A program made the translations under genes and the position numbers. Below, in pieces: positions 31,262 to 42,546 of a DNA stretch of 64,000 nt (position 1 is its first letter; every line of letters begins with the position of its first letter). Under the pieces are notes generated by a model. The model saw nothing but the letters and a program-made list of their open reading frames with translations. It searched no databases and was not told the DNA's origin. The DNA comes from Myxococcota bacterium (lineage in GTDB: Bacteria > Myxococcota_A > SURF-8 > G963663525). The stretch spans positions 87,210 to 151,209 of the forward strand of contig CAXXVK010000068.1 in assembly GCA_963676915.2 (NCBI GenBank), written 5' to 3'.

Positions 31262-31391
31262 CGTGTTTTCGAACCGGCTTGGTCTCCTGAGGGATGGACT
31301 TTCGAGAGCAAATCGGGTATACCTGCCGATGACGGGATGAAGGTTTGAGAAGGTCGATAGTAACATTTGCCAAGAAAGAGATTCCATCCGG

Positions 31392-33050
31392 ATGAAACGA
31401 CAGTTCGACGTAATCGTAATCGGAGGGGGCGTCAACGGCTGCGGCGTAGCTCGTGACCTGGCGTTGAGAGGCGTCAAGGTACTTTTGCTCGACAAAGGCG
31501 ACTTGTCGATGGGTACGTCCTGGGCCAGTTCGGGAATGATTCACGGCGGCATTCGGTATTTGCTGTCCGATGTTTCCACAACGAAAAAATCCTGTACCGA
31601 CGCCGGGTATATCATGCGGATCGCTCCGCATCTGATTTTCCGAATTCCCTTGGTTTATCCGGTACTTAAAGAAGAAGGTCTAGCAGGGCGCATCAAGCTT
31701 GAAGGTGCCACGGCGCTGTTTTCGGTGTACGACCATTTCCAGCCGCTCAAAGGCGGTCTGCCGCATCAACGGTTAAGCGTCGAGGAACTCAAGCGCATCG
31801 TGCCCGATGTCAACCCGGAAGTGATCGGCGGGGTGGTTACCGACGAATGGGGCATCGACGTTCCCCGGCTGTGTATCGCCAATGCTCTACATGCCGCCGA
31901 GTTGGGAGCGAAGATCCGAACATGGTCCGAAGTGACCAATCTGCTGATGGATGGCAAGAGCGTTACCGGCGTACGATGGAAAGACATCATTACCGGTCAT
32001 ATTCACGAAGCGGACTGTCGCTTGGTGATCAACTGCGCCGGACCGTGGGCGCCTAAGGTTGCCAAAATGGGCGGAGCCGAGGTGAAACTACGGCCTGCCA
32101 AGGGTGTCCATTTGGTGCTGGACCGTCGTATCAGCGATGTCGGAGTACTCGCCCAGGCCATCGATGGTCGTCAGGTGTTCGTGATCCCCCATGAAAACGT
32201 TTCGTTGATCGGTACCACCGACGACGATTACTATGGCGATCCCGATGAACTGATGGTTACCGAGGACGAAATCGCCTACCTGTTCCAGGCTTTGGAACGC
32301 TCCTTGCCGGGAATTCGGGCCGCTCGGGTGGTCAAGACCATAGCGGGGCTGCGTCCGACTTTGTTCGAAGCCGACAAATACGAAGACGACCTCACCCGCG
32401 ATCACCGTGTCTACGATCACCAGACGGGCGATGGCGTACGTAACTTCGTGACGCTGGCGGGTGGAAAGCTCGCGGCCTATCGGGTGATGGCCGAGGATAC
32501 CGTGGATCTGGCCTGCCGCAAGTTGCGGGTCAGCGCTCGTTGTGTCACACACACCGTTCCGCTTCCCGGCGGGGGAGAGCAGCCGGATGCATTGGAGCTT
32601 GCCGAAGAGTTCGGACTCGATCCCTACGCTGTACGTCGGTTGATATTCCGCCAGGGTTCCCGAGCGCGGGATGTGCTGGAACTCGTCCGCGAAGATCCAC
32701 GCAATGCGGCGTTGATCTGCGAATGCGAGCCGGTGATGGAGGCCGAAATCCGCTATTGTATCCGTCACGAAATGGTGCGCAGGCCGGTGGATCTCATCGG
32801 ACGCTGTCGCTTGGGTGAAGGTCCGTGTCAGGGCTTCGGCTGTCTGGTTCAGGCGGCGATGATCTTCGGCGACGAGCGAGGGTTGTCCCATGCGGAGGTG
32901 ATGAACGAGGCCGTATATATGTTGCAGGAAAAATGGAAATGGCGCAGGCCGGTGTTGACGGCGGCGCAACTTGCTGTGGAGGACCTGTATCGCATGGTAC
33001 ATCAGGCCGTGCTGAATCCCCAGAAGACGACCTCGAAGGAGGTGTTCTGA
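31392..33050 (+). CDS. glpA: Anaerobic glycerol-3-phosphate dehydrogenase subunit A
   Basis: VIGGGVNG, SGMIHGGIRY, KGVHL, GLRP, GGKL and a C-terminal BFD-like ICECE...GPCQGFGC. Confidence 0.88.
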   Translation: MKRQFDVIVIGGGVNGCGVARDLALRGVKVLLLDKGDLSMGTSWASSGMIHGGIRYLLSDVSTTKKSCTDAGYIMRIAPHLIFRIPLVYPVLKEEGLAGRIKLEGATALFSVYDHFQPLKGGLPHQRLSVEELKRIVPDVNPEVIGGVVTDEWGIDVPRLCIANALHAAELGAKIRTWSEVTNLLMDGKSVTGVRWKDIITGHIHEADCRLVINCAGPWAPKVAKMGGAEVKLRPAKGVHLVLDRRISDVGVLAQAIDGRQVFVIPHENVSLIGTTDDDYYGDPDELMVTEDEIAYLFQALERSLPGIRAARVVKTIAGLRPTLFEADKYEDDLTRDHRVYDHQTGDGVRNFVTLAGGKLAAYRVMAEDTVDLACRKLRVSARCVTHTVPLPGGGEQPDALELAEEFGLDPYAVRRLIFRQGSRARDVLELVREDPRNAALICECEPVMEAEIRYCIRHEMVRRPVDLIGRCRLGEGPCQGFGCLVQAAMIFGDERGLSHAEVMNEAVYMLQEKWKWRRPVLTAAQLAVEDLYRMVHQAVLNPQKTTSKEVF

Positions 33051-34342
33051 TGGCGGGTAAGGTTGCGGTAATCGGAGGTGGACTGGCGGGAATCATGGCG
33101 TCGTTGAGCGCTCGCCGTGAGGGAAGCGAAGTGACGTTGTTGTCCCGCTCGTTGGGACGCACGGCGTTGTCTTCGGGACTTCTTGCGCTGGCGGATATTC
33201 CCGGACTGCGCTATAGCGCCGGAGATTTCGTCATCGATGATCTGGTGGCTTCGTTGCTCGAACTTCGTCCTCATCATCCCTATGCAAAGATCGAACGGCC
33301 CCGTTCCGACCTGCTTCGGGCGTTGTCGTTGTTGATCCGCGTGACCGGGGATTTGTATGCCTCGCCGGATGAAAACTTGCGGGTTCTGGATTTTCCCAAC
33401 GAAATCGGGGCGTTGAGTCGCGCACAACTGGGACCGAAAGGTCGGTTGGCCGCGCGGGATCTTCAGGATGAGGGTTTGCATTTGAAAGTCGTGGGTTTCC
33501 ACGGTTTTCCGCGTTTTCGACTGGGCTACATCGGCCAGCTTCTCGAGACGGTTGCCGGAAAAGACTGTCGCGTGGAGGAAGTGGAACTCAATATCTCGAA
33601 CAATTTCGGGCTGTTTCCCACGCCGGTTTCGTTGGCGCGTTTTCTCGACGATGACGAAGGCTTGGGGCATCTGATCGACGAGTTGAAGCCGATTCAAGAA
33701 TCTAGGAAGGCGGATATTCTCGTATTTCCGCCGATTTTGGGCTGGAAGCGAACGGATCTCGCCGAGCGGATTTCCGAGGAGGTCGGCGCGGACGTGTACG
33801 AGTTGTCTCCGGCACAGTTTTCCGTTCCCGGAATGCGTCTGGTCGATCGACTGCACGAAGCGCTCGACGCCGAAGGCGTGAAGCGCGTTTCGGCCAATAT
33901 TACGGGATTTCAGGCGAATGACGAACGGTTGGCGGCGGTTGTCGGAGCAACGGACGAGGATGCCGAAAAGATTTTCGAAGCCGATGCTTTCGTGCTGGCT
34001 ACCGGAAAATACCTGGCTGGAGGCATTCGTCATGGCTATGGACGCTTCGAAGAGGCGATTTTTGACCTTCCGGTGTGGGAATCTGAAACAATTATCGAGC
34101 GTCAGTTCGTCGAACGCCTGACGGATCGCGATTTTCTCGCGGCGCAACGTCTTTCAAGGATCGGCCTGCGTGTCGATCGATCGTGGCGACCGCTGAACCG
34201 GGATTTGCGTCCCGAGTACGACAATCTTTTTGCCGCAGGACATGTTTTGGGGGGCTTCGATCCATATTTGGACGGTTCCTCCCAAGGGGTGGATCTGGTA
34301 ACCGGATTTCTGGCCGGACAAAAGGCCACGGAGGCGAAATGA
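33050..34342 (+). CDS. glpB: Anaerobic glycerol-3-phosphate dehydrogenase subunit B
   Basis: MAGKVAVIGGGLAG, SSG, HHPY, SVPGMRL, VLATGKYLAGG and NLFAAG; start overlaps the glpA stop. Confidence 0.85.
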   Translation: MAGKVAVIGGGLAGIMASLSARREGSEVTLLSRSLGRTALSSGLLALADIPGLRYSAGDFVIDDLVASLLELRPHHPYAKIERPRSDLLRALSLLIRVTGDLYASPDENLRVLDFPNEIGALSRAQLGPKGRLAARDLQDEGLHLKVVGFHGFPRFRLGYIGQLLETVAGKDCRVEEVELNISNNFGLFPTPVSLARFLDDDEGLGHLIDELKPIQESRKADILVFPPILGWKRTDLAERISEEVGADVYELSPAQFSVPGMRLVDRLHEALDAEGVKRVSANITGFQANDERLAAVVGATDEDAEKIFEADAFVLATGKYLAGGIRHGYGRFEEAIFDLPVWESETIIERQFVERLTDRDFLAAQRLSRIGLRVDRSWRPLNRDLRPEYDNLFAAGHVLGGFDPYLDGSSQGVDLVTGFLAGQKATEAK

Positions 34343-34773
34343 AGAAGCTTTATGCACAAACCCTGATCGGTCTCTCGCTTCAAGCGACGCTGATCAAAAA
34401 GGCTGTACATGGGGTGATGGCCAAAATTCAGAATGTCCCCCGTCCCTGGGAGGAAGGGGTCAATAAATTTTTCCAAAAGTACAAAAAAGACCACATTCTT
34501 CCGACTCGTGAAAAATCGGCCTGGCTGGCACACCAGAGCGGATGCATTCGTTGTGGTTTGTGCGACCGATACGCCGAATACGACACCCAACGGCCTTCGT
34601 TGCTCGCTTCGACACATTTGCGGGATCTGACGCAACGGGAATATTCGCGTGGGTACATTGCCATGATCGACGGCGAGTTGTCGGAAGATACGGCGGCTTG
34701 GGTTTGTCCTGCGGGTGTGCAGCTTCGTAAGCGAGTGGATCTTGCGAAAAGGACGGTTCAACAGGATCACTAA
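34339..34773 (+). CDS. Small Fe-S protein in the glpC position
   Basis: 144 aa, ATGA overlap with glpB, CIRCGLC...VCPAGV; no CCG domains. Confidence 0.65.
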   Translation: MKKLYAQTLIGLSLQATLIKKAVHGVMAKIQNVPRPWEEGVNKFFQKYKKDHILPTREKSAWLAHQSGCIRCGLCDRYAEYDTQRPSLLASTHLRDLTQREYSRGYIAMIDGELSEDTAAWVCPAGVQLRKRVDLAKRTVQQDH

Positions 34774-35002
34774 GTATGTTTCGTGAAAAAAACGCACGAT
34801 TTCTTATAGTTAAAAGTTACGTATTTCTTTGTTGCAACGTTAGATTTTCTTCTCGATAACTTCTCTTTGTATCGTGGTTGCAGGTTTCGACGATACTTTT
34901 ACACATCACATAGACATGCACGAAGGTCGGGTGGTTTTACCTGGCACCAGACTGGTGACAAAGTCTTGATGGCCGGAGCTTGTTATTTTTCATGAATATC
35001 GA

Positions 35003-35067
35003 GTAGGTCGGGCAAATTTCTTGCCCGACAATGCCAAGGTGTCGGACTAATAATTAGCCTGACCTAC
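35003..35067. repeat. GTAG-type REPIN, copy 3
   Basis: GTAGGTCGGGCAAATTTCTTGCCCGACA...TGTCGGACTAATAATTAGCCTGACCTAC; a further degenerate half-copy lies near 34924-34948. Confidence 0.82.
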
Positions 35068-35277
35068 GATTTTTCCTCCGTTTTTCGTTGGGAATAACGA
35101 GTTTTCTTCCCTATAAATTCATACTCGGAAAAATTCTCGAAAATGAAAAAACTTCGTCCGTTCGAAGTTTTTTTGACAGCTTCCATTGCAAAAAACACAA
35201 AAACTGTTAAAACTTGCTAAATCGTACCAATATATTTTTTGGACGGATATCATGGTATTATGTGGAAAGGGAACGAC

Positions 35278-36534
35278 ATGGAAAAATTCAAAGTAGCCAA
35301 CCTCGACCTCGCCGAACAGGGACGCCTGAAGATCGAATGGGCGCGCACTCGCATGCCCGTCATGGCGCTGTTGAGGAAAAAATTCGGTGAAACGAAACCG
35401 CTGGCCGGGAAACGTATCGCCGGTTGTCTGCACGTCACCAAGGAAACCGCCGTATTGATCGAAACCCTGGCCGCCGCCGGTGCGGAGATCAGCTGGTCGG
35501 GTTGTAACCCGCTTTCGACCCAGGACGACATCGCCGCTGCACTCGCCGCCGATGGATATTCGATGTACGCATGGCACGGAATGAACACCGAGGAATTCTA
35601 CTGGGCCATCGATCGTACGCTCGATTTCAAACCGACGATGACTCTCGACGACGGAGCTGACCTGATTTTCACGGTTCACAACAAATATCCCGAACTGGCC
35701 AAAACGCTGCTCGGTGGTACCGAAGAAACCACCACAGGCGTCCATCGTCTGCGGGCTATGGATCGCGCCGGGAAACTGCTGTACCCCGTGATCGCGGTTA
35801 ACGACGCCGAAACCAAATGGGATTTCGACAACGTATACGGCACCGGACAATCCTCCATCGATGGCATTTTGCGCTCGACATCGATTCTGCTTGCCGGGAA
35901 AAACTTCGTTGTGGCCGGGTTCGGTCACTGTGGCAAAGGTTGTGCGATGCGCGCCAAAGGCATGGGCGCCAACGTTATCGTGACCGAAGTGGACGCCGTG
36001 CAGGCGCTCAAAGCCACCCTCGAAGGCTTCCGCGTGATGAAGATGGACGAAGCCGCTTCCATCGGCGACATTTTCATTACCGCTACCGGAATGAAAGACG
36101 TGATCGTGGATCGCCATTTCAAGGCAATGAAAGACGGCGCGGTGTTCTGCAATACCGGACATTACGATTGCGAAATCAACATTCCGCAATTGGAAGAATT
36201 GTCTACAGGGAAACGGCTGATTCGTGCCAACACCGAAGAATACACCATGCCCAACGGCAACAAGCTGTTCCTGTTGGCTCAGGGTCGGTTGATCAACCTC
36301 GCCGGAGCCGAAGGTCATCCCTCCGAAGTCATGGATATGAGCTTCGCCAACCAGTTCCTCTCCATGGTGAAAATCGCCGAGGAAGGCAAGGATCTGGAAG
36401 TCTGTATGCACGATATCAGCGAGGAACAGGACGCGGAAATCGCCGGGTACAAGCTGGAATCCATGGGAATCGACATCGATGAGTTGACCGAAGATCAGAT
36501 CAACTACCGTGACGATTACGCCGCTGGAACCTGA
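35278..36534 (+). CDS. ahcY: Adenosylhomocysteinase (short form)
   Basis: GCLHVTKETA, SGCNPLSTQD, DDGAD, EETTTG, FDNVYGTGQS and GHPSEVMDMSF. Confidence 0.96.
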   Translation: MEKFKVANLDLAEQGRLKIEWARTRMPVMALLRKKFGETKPLAGKRIAGCLHVTKETAVLIETLAAAGAEISWSGCNPLSTQDDIAAALAADGYSMYAWHGMNTEEFYWAIDRTLDFKPTMTLDDGADLIFTVHNKYPELAKTLLGGTEETTTGVHRLRAMDRAGKLLYPVIAVNDAETKWDFDNVYGTGQSSIDGILRSTSILLAGKNFVVAGFGHCGKGCAMRAKGMGANVIVTEVDAVQALKATLEGFRVMKMDEAASIGDIFITATGMKDVIVDRHFKAMKDGAVFCNTGHYDCEINIPQLEELSTGKRLIRANTEEYTMPNGNKLFLLAQGRLINLAGAEGHPSEVMDMSFANQFLSMVKIAEEGKDLEVCMHDISEEQDAEIAGYKLESMGIDIDELTEDQINYRDDYAAGT

Positions 36535-36685
36535 AAAATGCAGGGTTGCGCGCAAATTTACGCGAAAACCGATACATTCGCTTTACAAGGCTGGTAGAGA
36601 GACTTACAGTTTCAGGGTTGATCCATCTGTATAGGGGACTATCGTTGTCACGTATCTGACGTGCGTAGCATGAAAGGGATTTGCG

Positions 36686-37852
36686 ATGACCAGTGATTTC
36701 ATTTTTACGTCCGAATCGGTGACCGAGGGTCATCCGGACAAAATCGCCGACCAGATTTCCGATGCCGTGCTTGACGGCCTGTTGGCGCAAGATTCCGAAA
36801 GCCGGGTAGCCTGCGAAACGCTGGTGAACACCGGAATGGCGGTGATCGCCGGGGAAATCACCACGGAAGCTTACGTGCACATGCCCGACGTGGTACGTTC
36901 GACCATCAAGAAAATCGGGTACGATGACGGCAAGTTGGGCCTCGACTGGGAGACCTGCTCGGTGATCGTTTCGATCGACCACCAATCCAAAGATATCGCG
37001 ATTGGTGTTGACGAGAAGAAAAACAAGGAACAAGGCGCCGGGGATCAGGGCATGATGTTCGGATATGCCTGCGACGATACCCGCGACCTGATGCCGATGC
37101 CGATCGACCTTTCCCACCGTTTGACCAAAAGATTGGCCGAGGTTCGTAAGAAGAACATTCTCGGATATCTGGGACCGGATGGAAAATCCCAGGTTACGGT
37201 TCGGTACGAAAACTTCCAGCCGGTGGCTATCGATGCCGTGGTGATTTCCAGCCAGCATCTTGCTTCCGTGAAAAACAAAGAGCTTCGTGAAGGCATCATG
37301 GAAGAGGTCATCAAGGCGACGCTGCCCGAGAAACTTCTGCACAAAGGCACGAAATACCACATCAATCCCACCAGTCGGTTCGTCAAAGGCGGACCGCTGG
37401 CCGACTCCGGGTTGACCGGACGCAAAATCATCGTCGATACCTACGGCGGTTGGGGACGCCACGGTGGCGGCGCGTTTTCGGGCAAAGATCCCTCCAAAGT
37501 GGATCGCTCCGCCTGCTACATGGCGCGCCATATCGCCAAGAACGTCGTGGCCGCCAAACTGGCCAAGCGTTGCGAAGTACAACTGGCCTACGCCATCGGA
37601 GTCGCCGAGCCGGTCAGCGTGATGATCGATACCTTCGATACGGGAATCGTGGAAGAGCAAATGCTGTCGAAGCTGATTCGCGAACTCTTCCCGTTGCGCC
37701 CCAAAGGCATCATTGATTACCTCGATCTCAAGCGCCCGATCTATTCCAAAACAGCGGCTTATGGGCACTTCGGTTTCAATACCCGCTCCCTGCCGTGGGA
37801 AAGCACCAAGCCTGCCGCCAAACTCAAAGATATGGCGAAGGGATTGGGCTGA
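36686..37852 (+). CDS. metK: S-adenosylmethionine synthetase
   Basis: [33 protein letters not shown] and [16 protein letters not shown]. Confidence 0.98.
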   Translation: MTSDFIFTSESVTEGHPDKIADQISDAVLDGLLAQDSESRVACETLVNTGMAVIAGEITTEAYVHMPDVVRSTIKKIGYDDGKLGLDWETCSVIVSIDHQSKDIAIGVDEKKNKEQGAGDQGMMFGYACDDTRDLMPMPIDLSHRLTKRLAEVRKKNILGYLGPDGKSQVTVRYENFQPVAIDAVVISSQHLASVKNKELREGIMEEVIKATLPEKLLHKGTKYHINPTSRFVKGGPLADSGLTGRKIIVDTYGGWGRHGGGAFSGKDPSKVDRSACYMARHIAKNVVAAKLAKRCEVQLAYAIGVAEPVSVMIDTFDTGIVEEQMLSKLIRELFPLRPKGIIDYLDLKRPIYSKTAAYGHFGFNTRSLPWESTKPAAKLKDMAKGLG

Positions 37853-37883
37853 GTTCACTGAAAAGTGATCTTTTCGACCTCTC

Positions 37884-37919
37884 AAGGCTCTTGCGAATTC
37901 GTTTGCAAGAGCCTTTTTT
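37884..37919 (+). terminator. Rho-independent terminator after metK
   Basis: AAGGCTCTTGCGAA-TTCG-TTTGCAAGAGCCTT followed by a T-run. Confidence 0.8.
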
Positions 37920-38333
37920 AGTGGCGAATTTTCGGCGAGAATATTTCCATGTCGTTTCGCGCTATTTCGTTTTGAATCGTTTCGTTTCACGTCGATTCGG
38001 AGGAGATTGTGCAAAAACGTCCGGCAGATTCGGATCTGCTCGAACCCCCGAAAACGGCGGTTTTCTGTGATATGTTGCGGAATCTGTCATATATGACAGC
38101 ACAAGGTGTGGCACAAAGGGAGGTTTTCGAGCACGAAACGGCACGAAACGACGCGGTTTGGATCGCACAGAGGCGACTCACAACGAGAAGGGACGAATTT
38201 GCGTTATCTCCTCCGATTCGACGTGATATTGCATAGGGGAATTCCTACGAAAAAGATTGACTTTACAGGGGGAGCCTTCATACATTGAAATGCCTTTAAA
38301 TGTGTTGGAAATTTATAAAACGAGCGGAGTTCC

Positions 38334-40181
38334 GTGGGATCGTCGGAACAAATCATTCAGGAAATCAAGGATCGGGCGGGCATCGTAAACGTGGTGTCCC
38401 GGTACGTCGATCTGAAGCGAAAAAGCGGACGCTACTGGGGTCGTTGTCCGTTTCATGCGGAGAAAACCGCCTCGTTTTCGGTCAATGAAGAGAACCAGTT
38501 TTACTACTGTTTCGGTTGCCATGCCAAAGGAGATGTTTTCAGCTTTTTGCAGAACATCGAAGGCATTGGTTTCGGCGAAGCTCTTGAACGGCTCGCTGCC
38601 GAAACCGGAGTCGAGTTGCCGAAAAAGACCGACTTCAAGCAGGATCAGGAAAAGCAGTCGCTTCGGCAACGGATTCTCGAAATCAACGGTCTTGCACAAG
38701 ACTGGTTCAAAAGATCGCTCACCCCGGATTCACCCGCGAAAAAATATCTGAAAAAACGAGGGGTTTCTCCTGAAATGGTCGAGCGCTTCTTGCTTGGTTT
38801 TGCACCGCCGGGTTGGGAGAATCTACAAAAAGAACTGGCTCGGCACAGCGTTGCATCGGTGGAAGTGGAACGCGCCGGGCTGGCCAAAGTCGGCCAAAAA
38901 GGCAATAGAATCGACAGATTCCGAAACCGTCTGATGTTTCCGATCGCCATGGAGCAACAACGGATCGTGGGTTTCGGAGGGCGAGCCATCGACCCGGAGG
39001 ACAAAGGCCCGAAGTACCTCAACTCGCCGGAATCGGTGGCTTTTGACAAATCCAACTGCCTGTACGGATTCTTTCAGGCGCTTCAAGGAATTCGCAGGAA
39101 GAAACGCTGTCTGGTGGTCGAAGGTAACTTGGATGTCGTGATGATGCACCAAGGCGGTTTGGACGAGACCGTGGCGACCCTCGGAACGGCGATGACCGAA
39201 AAGCACGTTCGGCGACTAAAGCGGCTCGCCCCGGATCTGGTGCTGATTTACGACGGAGATGCGGCGGGTCGCAAAGCGGCTTTCAAATCGCTGTCTCTGT
39301 TTTTGGAGCAGGATGTTTCCGCTCGTGTGGTTCTTCTGCCTCCCGAGCACGACCCGGACAGCTTCATTCGGCAGTATGGCGCAGAAGAAATGGAAGCTTT
39401 GGTGGCGGCGGCTCCCTATCTGCTGGATGTTTGGTTGGACGACCTTTTGTCTCATCGTGCTCCGGGGCATCCCGGCGTGGCCGACTGTGTGGAAGCCGCT
39501 GTCCCGATGATCGGGAAGTTGCGCAACAGGGTGCTCAAAGAGCGCTACTTGGATGATCTTTCAACCCGGTTGCAATTGGATCGCAACCTTTTACGGGCCG
39601 AAATTCGACAGCATGCCGCGAAAAAAGGTAAGGATTCCAAACAGTTCAAGTTTTCAAACCTGTCTCTATCGGAAGTCTCCGGACCGGATCTCAAAGCCCA
39701 TGAAGACCTGCTGCTGATGCTCTACCGTATCCCGGAAACCGTGGCGGAATGGTTCGAAGAAGACGAAGTGGTGGAGCGTCTGCCGCTCGATCCTTTTCCC
39801 GAAGTCGTTCAAACGCTTTTGGATGCGCGAAAAGAGGAAAAGAATCTCTCGGTTGTGGAACTGATCGGCTGCTTCGATGGGTCCGATTTGCAGGAACGGA
39901 TGGTCGAACGATTGACGGGAACCAGTGAAAGGACCACGGTCTACACCGATATTTTCGTCCCAGAAACGGCTCGGACGATCTATTTGGATTGTCTCAACCA
40001 GTTGAATTTACAGGGGATTCGAAATGAACTGGCCGATTTGAACCTGGAAATCGACGAGGCGCGGAAATCGGGGGATCACGAACGTTTCGAGCAGTTGTTG
40101 TTGAAAAAGTGGGAACTTAACCGAGAATTATCACTGAACACCGAAAAAAACTTGCGTCTAATAGAAAATGGGGAGGACTAA
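38334..40181 (+). CDS. dnaG: DNA primase
   Basis: CHC2 Zn finger CPFHAEKTASF...CFGC, RFRNRLMFP, PKYLNSPE, TOPRIM VEG and YDGDAAG, HDPD. Confidence 0.97.
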   Translation: MGSSEQIIQEIKDRAGIVNVVSRYVDLKRKSGRYWGRCPFHAEKTASFSVNEENQFYYCFGCHAKGDVFSFLQNIEGIGFGEALERLAAETGVELPKKTDFKQDQEKQSLRQRILEINGLAQDWFKRSLTPDSPAKKYLKKRGVSPEMVERFLLGFAPPGWENLQKELARHSVASVEVERAGLAKVGQKGNRIDRFRNRLMFPIAMEQQRIVGFGGRAIDPEDKGPKYLNSPESVAFDKSNCLYGFFQALQGIRRKKRCLVVEGNLDVVMMHQGGLDETVATLGTAMTEKHVRRLKRLAPDLVLIYDGDAAGRKAAFKSLSLFLEQDVSARVVLLPPEHDPDSFIRQYGAEEMEALVAAAPYLLDVWLDDLLSHRAPGHPGVADCVEAAVPMIGKLRNRVLKERYLDDLSTRLQLDRNLLRAEIRQHAAKKGKDSKQFKFSNLSLSEVSGPDLKAHEDLLLMLYRIPETVAEWFEEDEVVERLPLDPFPEVVQTLLDARKEEKNLSVVELIGCFDGSDLQERMVERLTGTSERTTVYTDIFVPETARTIYLDCLNQLNLQGIRNELADLNLEIDEARKSGDHERFEQLLLKKWELNRELSLNTEKNLRLIENGED

Positions 40182-40299
40182 AAGGTACGGTGGGTTTGTT
40201 GCAACCTATAGGTTAGTCGGATGATTTCTCTACCGACGGACTATTTTTTTCGTTCTTTGAGTTGAAGCAGCGTTCTTCGTTGGAGGAAGTCGGGAGAGA

Positions 40300-40364
40300 G
40301 TAGGTCGGGCTAATTTTTAGCCCGATACTTTGACAATGTCGGGCAAGAAATTTGCCCGACCTAC
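40300..40364. repeat. GTAG-type REPIN, copy 4 (between dnaG and rpoD)
   Basis: GTAGGTCGGGCTAATTTTTAGCCCGATA...TGTCGGGCAAGAAATTTGCCCGACCTAC. Confidence 0.85.
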
Positions 40365-40642
40365 TTCCTCTGCCGTTGGATCGGAAACCCGACGTGAAAT
40401 GTGTGAAGACCGAAACCCATGGACGGAACAAAGTTTTTTCAACTTATATGGAAAAGATTCAGGTTTTCCCGACCGGAATCTTGCTTTTGGGACTCTAATC
40501 ACTAGATTATCTACTGGAAAGGAGCGACAGGTCTTTTGCCGAAGGTGTCATTCGGCGGAAACAAAGGTGAAACAGGGTTCCCGGTGCGGGGAATCGCTGG
40601 TTTGAAAAGGTTAGGGTATCTGTCAATTCTGAAGGAGACACC

Positions 40643-42379
40643 ATGAGTGAGGATCAGCCCCGGCAACATCCGGGGATGGAAAAACTGATCAAAAAGGGGA
40701 GAACGAAAGGTTTCGTCACTTACGACGAAATCAACAAGGCATTGACCACCGAAAAGGTTTCGACCGAAGATCTCGACGACTTGATGGTGATGATGGGAGA
40801 TCTGGAAATCGAAGTGGTCGATAAAGAGTCCGATCTCGATCTGAAATCCGGCTCCAAAAAATCCTCGAAAGGGGATTCGGAGGAGGAGACGGCGGGTAAG
40901 GCGAGCGACCCGGTGCGTATGTACCTGCGAAAAATGGGTTCTGTCTCCCTACTGACACGCCAAGGTGAAGTAGAGATCGCCAAACGCATCGAGGCCGGAG
41001 AGCAGGCGATGCTCAACGTGATCCTCGAAAGTCCGTTGGCCATCAACGAAGTGGTTTCGCTGGCGGATAAAATCAAATCGGGCAACTCGCGTGTGATGGA
41101 ACTGTTCCGTGATGCGGTGGACGAAGAGGAATTATCCGAGGATATTCAGGAAGATCGCATCATCGCCTTGATCGATAAAATCAAAAAACTCGATCGGGAT
41201 CGCCACAGCCTGATGGACAAATTGAACCAACTCGCCGATGACGACGCCCACCGGGAAAAACTGATGGTGCTGGTCGAACAGAACAGCGATAAACTCAAGT
41301 CGATGCTGAAGGACGTGGTCCTCAACAAAAAGCAGATCGACCAGATTATCAATCGCTTGCAGTACTGCATTTCCTGTATCGACAATGCGCGGCGCGAACG
41401 TGCCAACATCGAGAGACGGTATCATGTCAATTACCAGGAATTCTGCCAGGACATGAAACGGTTCTATCGACGTCGGGCCGACGAGGCGAAAATTTTAGCC
41501 AAACTGGAAATCGATCGGGATCTGCTGTTCGAACTCGAAGACCGCTTCATTCAGGCCGAACAGCCGGCTTGGGAAGTCGAGCAGGAAACGAAACTTTCCC
41601 GTGACGATCTCTGCCGGACCTTCGATTCCATCATGTCGGGCAAGCGCCAGGCGGAACGCGCCAAAAGCGAACTCGTCGAAGCCAACCTGCGGCTGGTCGT
41701 TTCGATCGCCAAAAAATACACCAATCGCGGTCTGCAATTCCTCGATTTGATTCAGGAAGGCAACATCGGTCTGATGAAGGCCGTAGACAAGTTCGAGTAC
41801 CAGCGCGGCTACAAATTCTCGACCTACGCCACGTGGTGGATTCGTCAGGCCATCACCCGAGCCATTGCCGATCAGGCACGGACCATCCGCATTCCCGTTC
41901 ACATGATCGAAACCATCAACAAGCTGATCCGAACTTCCAGGCACCTGGTGCAGGAAATTGGTCGCGAGCCGACCCCGGAAGAGATCGGCGAGAAGATGGA
42001 TCTTCCCGTGGACAAAGTGCGTAAGGTACTGAAAATCGCCAAGGAACCGATTTCTCTGGAAACGCCTATCGGTGAAGAGGAAGATTCCCATCTTGGCGAT
42101 TTTATCGAGGACAAGCAGATTCTTTCACCCTCGGACGCGGTGATCAACCTCAACCTGAGCGAACAGACCCGCAAGGTGCTGTCCACGCTGACACCCCGAG
42201 AGGAAAAAGTCCTGCGGATGCGTTTCGGTATCGGCGAGCGCTCGGACCACACGCTGGAGGAAGTCGGCCAGAACTTCGAAGTCACGCGGGAGAGAATCCG
42301 CCAGATCGAAGCCAAAGCCTTGAAAAAACTTCGACATTCCAGCCGTTCCCAGAAACTGAAAAGCTTTTTGGAGAACTGA
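40643..42379 (+). CDS. rpoD: RNA polymerase primary sigma factor
   Basis: Region 1.1, [37 protein letters not shown] and [14 protein letters not shown]. Confidence 0.98.
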   Translation: MSEDQPRQHPGMEKLIKKGRTKGFVTYDEINKALTTEKVSTEDLDDLMVMMGDLEIEVVDKESDLDLKSGSKKSSKGDSEEETAGKASDPVRMYLRKMGSVSLLTRQGEVEIAKRIEAGEQAMLNVILESPLAINEVVSLADKIKSGNSRVMELFRDAVDEEELSEDIQEDRIIALIDKIKKLDRDRHSLMDKLNQLADDDAHREKLMVLVEQNSDKLKSMLKDVVLNKKQIDQIINRLQYCISCIDNARRERANIERRYHVNYQEFCQDMKRFYRRRADEAKILAKLEIDRDLLFELEDRFIQAEQPAWEVEQETKLSRDDLCRTFDSIMSGKRQAERAKSELVEANLRLVVSIAKKYTNRGLQFLDLIQEGNIGLMKAVDKFEYQRGYKFSTYATWWIRQAITRAIADQARTIRIPVHMIETINKLIRTSRHLVQEIGREPTPEEIGEKMDLPVDKVRKVLKIAKEPISLETPIGEEEDSHLGDFIEDKQILSPSDAVINLNLSEQTRKVLSTLTPREEKVLRMRFGIGERSDHTLEEVGQNFEVTRERIRQIEAKALKKLRHSSRSQKLKSFLEN

Positions 42380-42410
42380 CGCGGGGCATCTCGCAAGGAA
42401 GAGTATTTCT

Positions 42411-42441
42411 AACGGTCGGGCGTATGTCCGACCGTTTTTTT
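42411..42441 (+). terminator. Rho-independent terminator after rpoD
   Basis: AACGGTCGGGC-GTAT-GTCCGACCGTT followed by a T-run. Confidence 0.8.
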
Positions 42442-42546
42442 ATGGTGTGATTACGAACAGTCTGCAGGGCAATCGGGATGACCCATCACCTGCAATATCC
42501 GGTAGGGATCGTTTTCAGACGAAGTGATTGTAGGGTTCTTGAAAAC

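Noticed and set aside
34781-34799. TCGTG-N9-CACGA as a Rex operator
   Set aside because: The spacer is one base too long (though it spans an A-run) and the site is far from a plausible target promoter.
34774-36685. Expected SAM or SAH riboswitch before ahcY or metK
   Set aside because: I could not find the conserved SAM-I or SAH blocks by eye; the only clear structure is REPIN copy 3. An Rfam scan would settle it.
42411-42441. rpoD hairpin as a seventh REP copy
   Set aside because: It shares GGTCGGG/CCGACC but lacks the GTAG tip and has a T-tail, so it is called a terminator, although a REP origin is possible.
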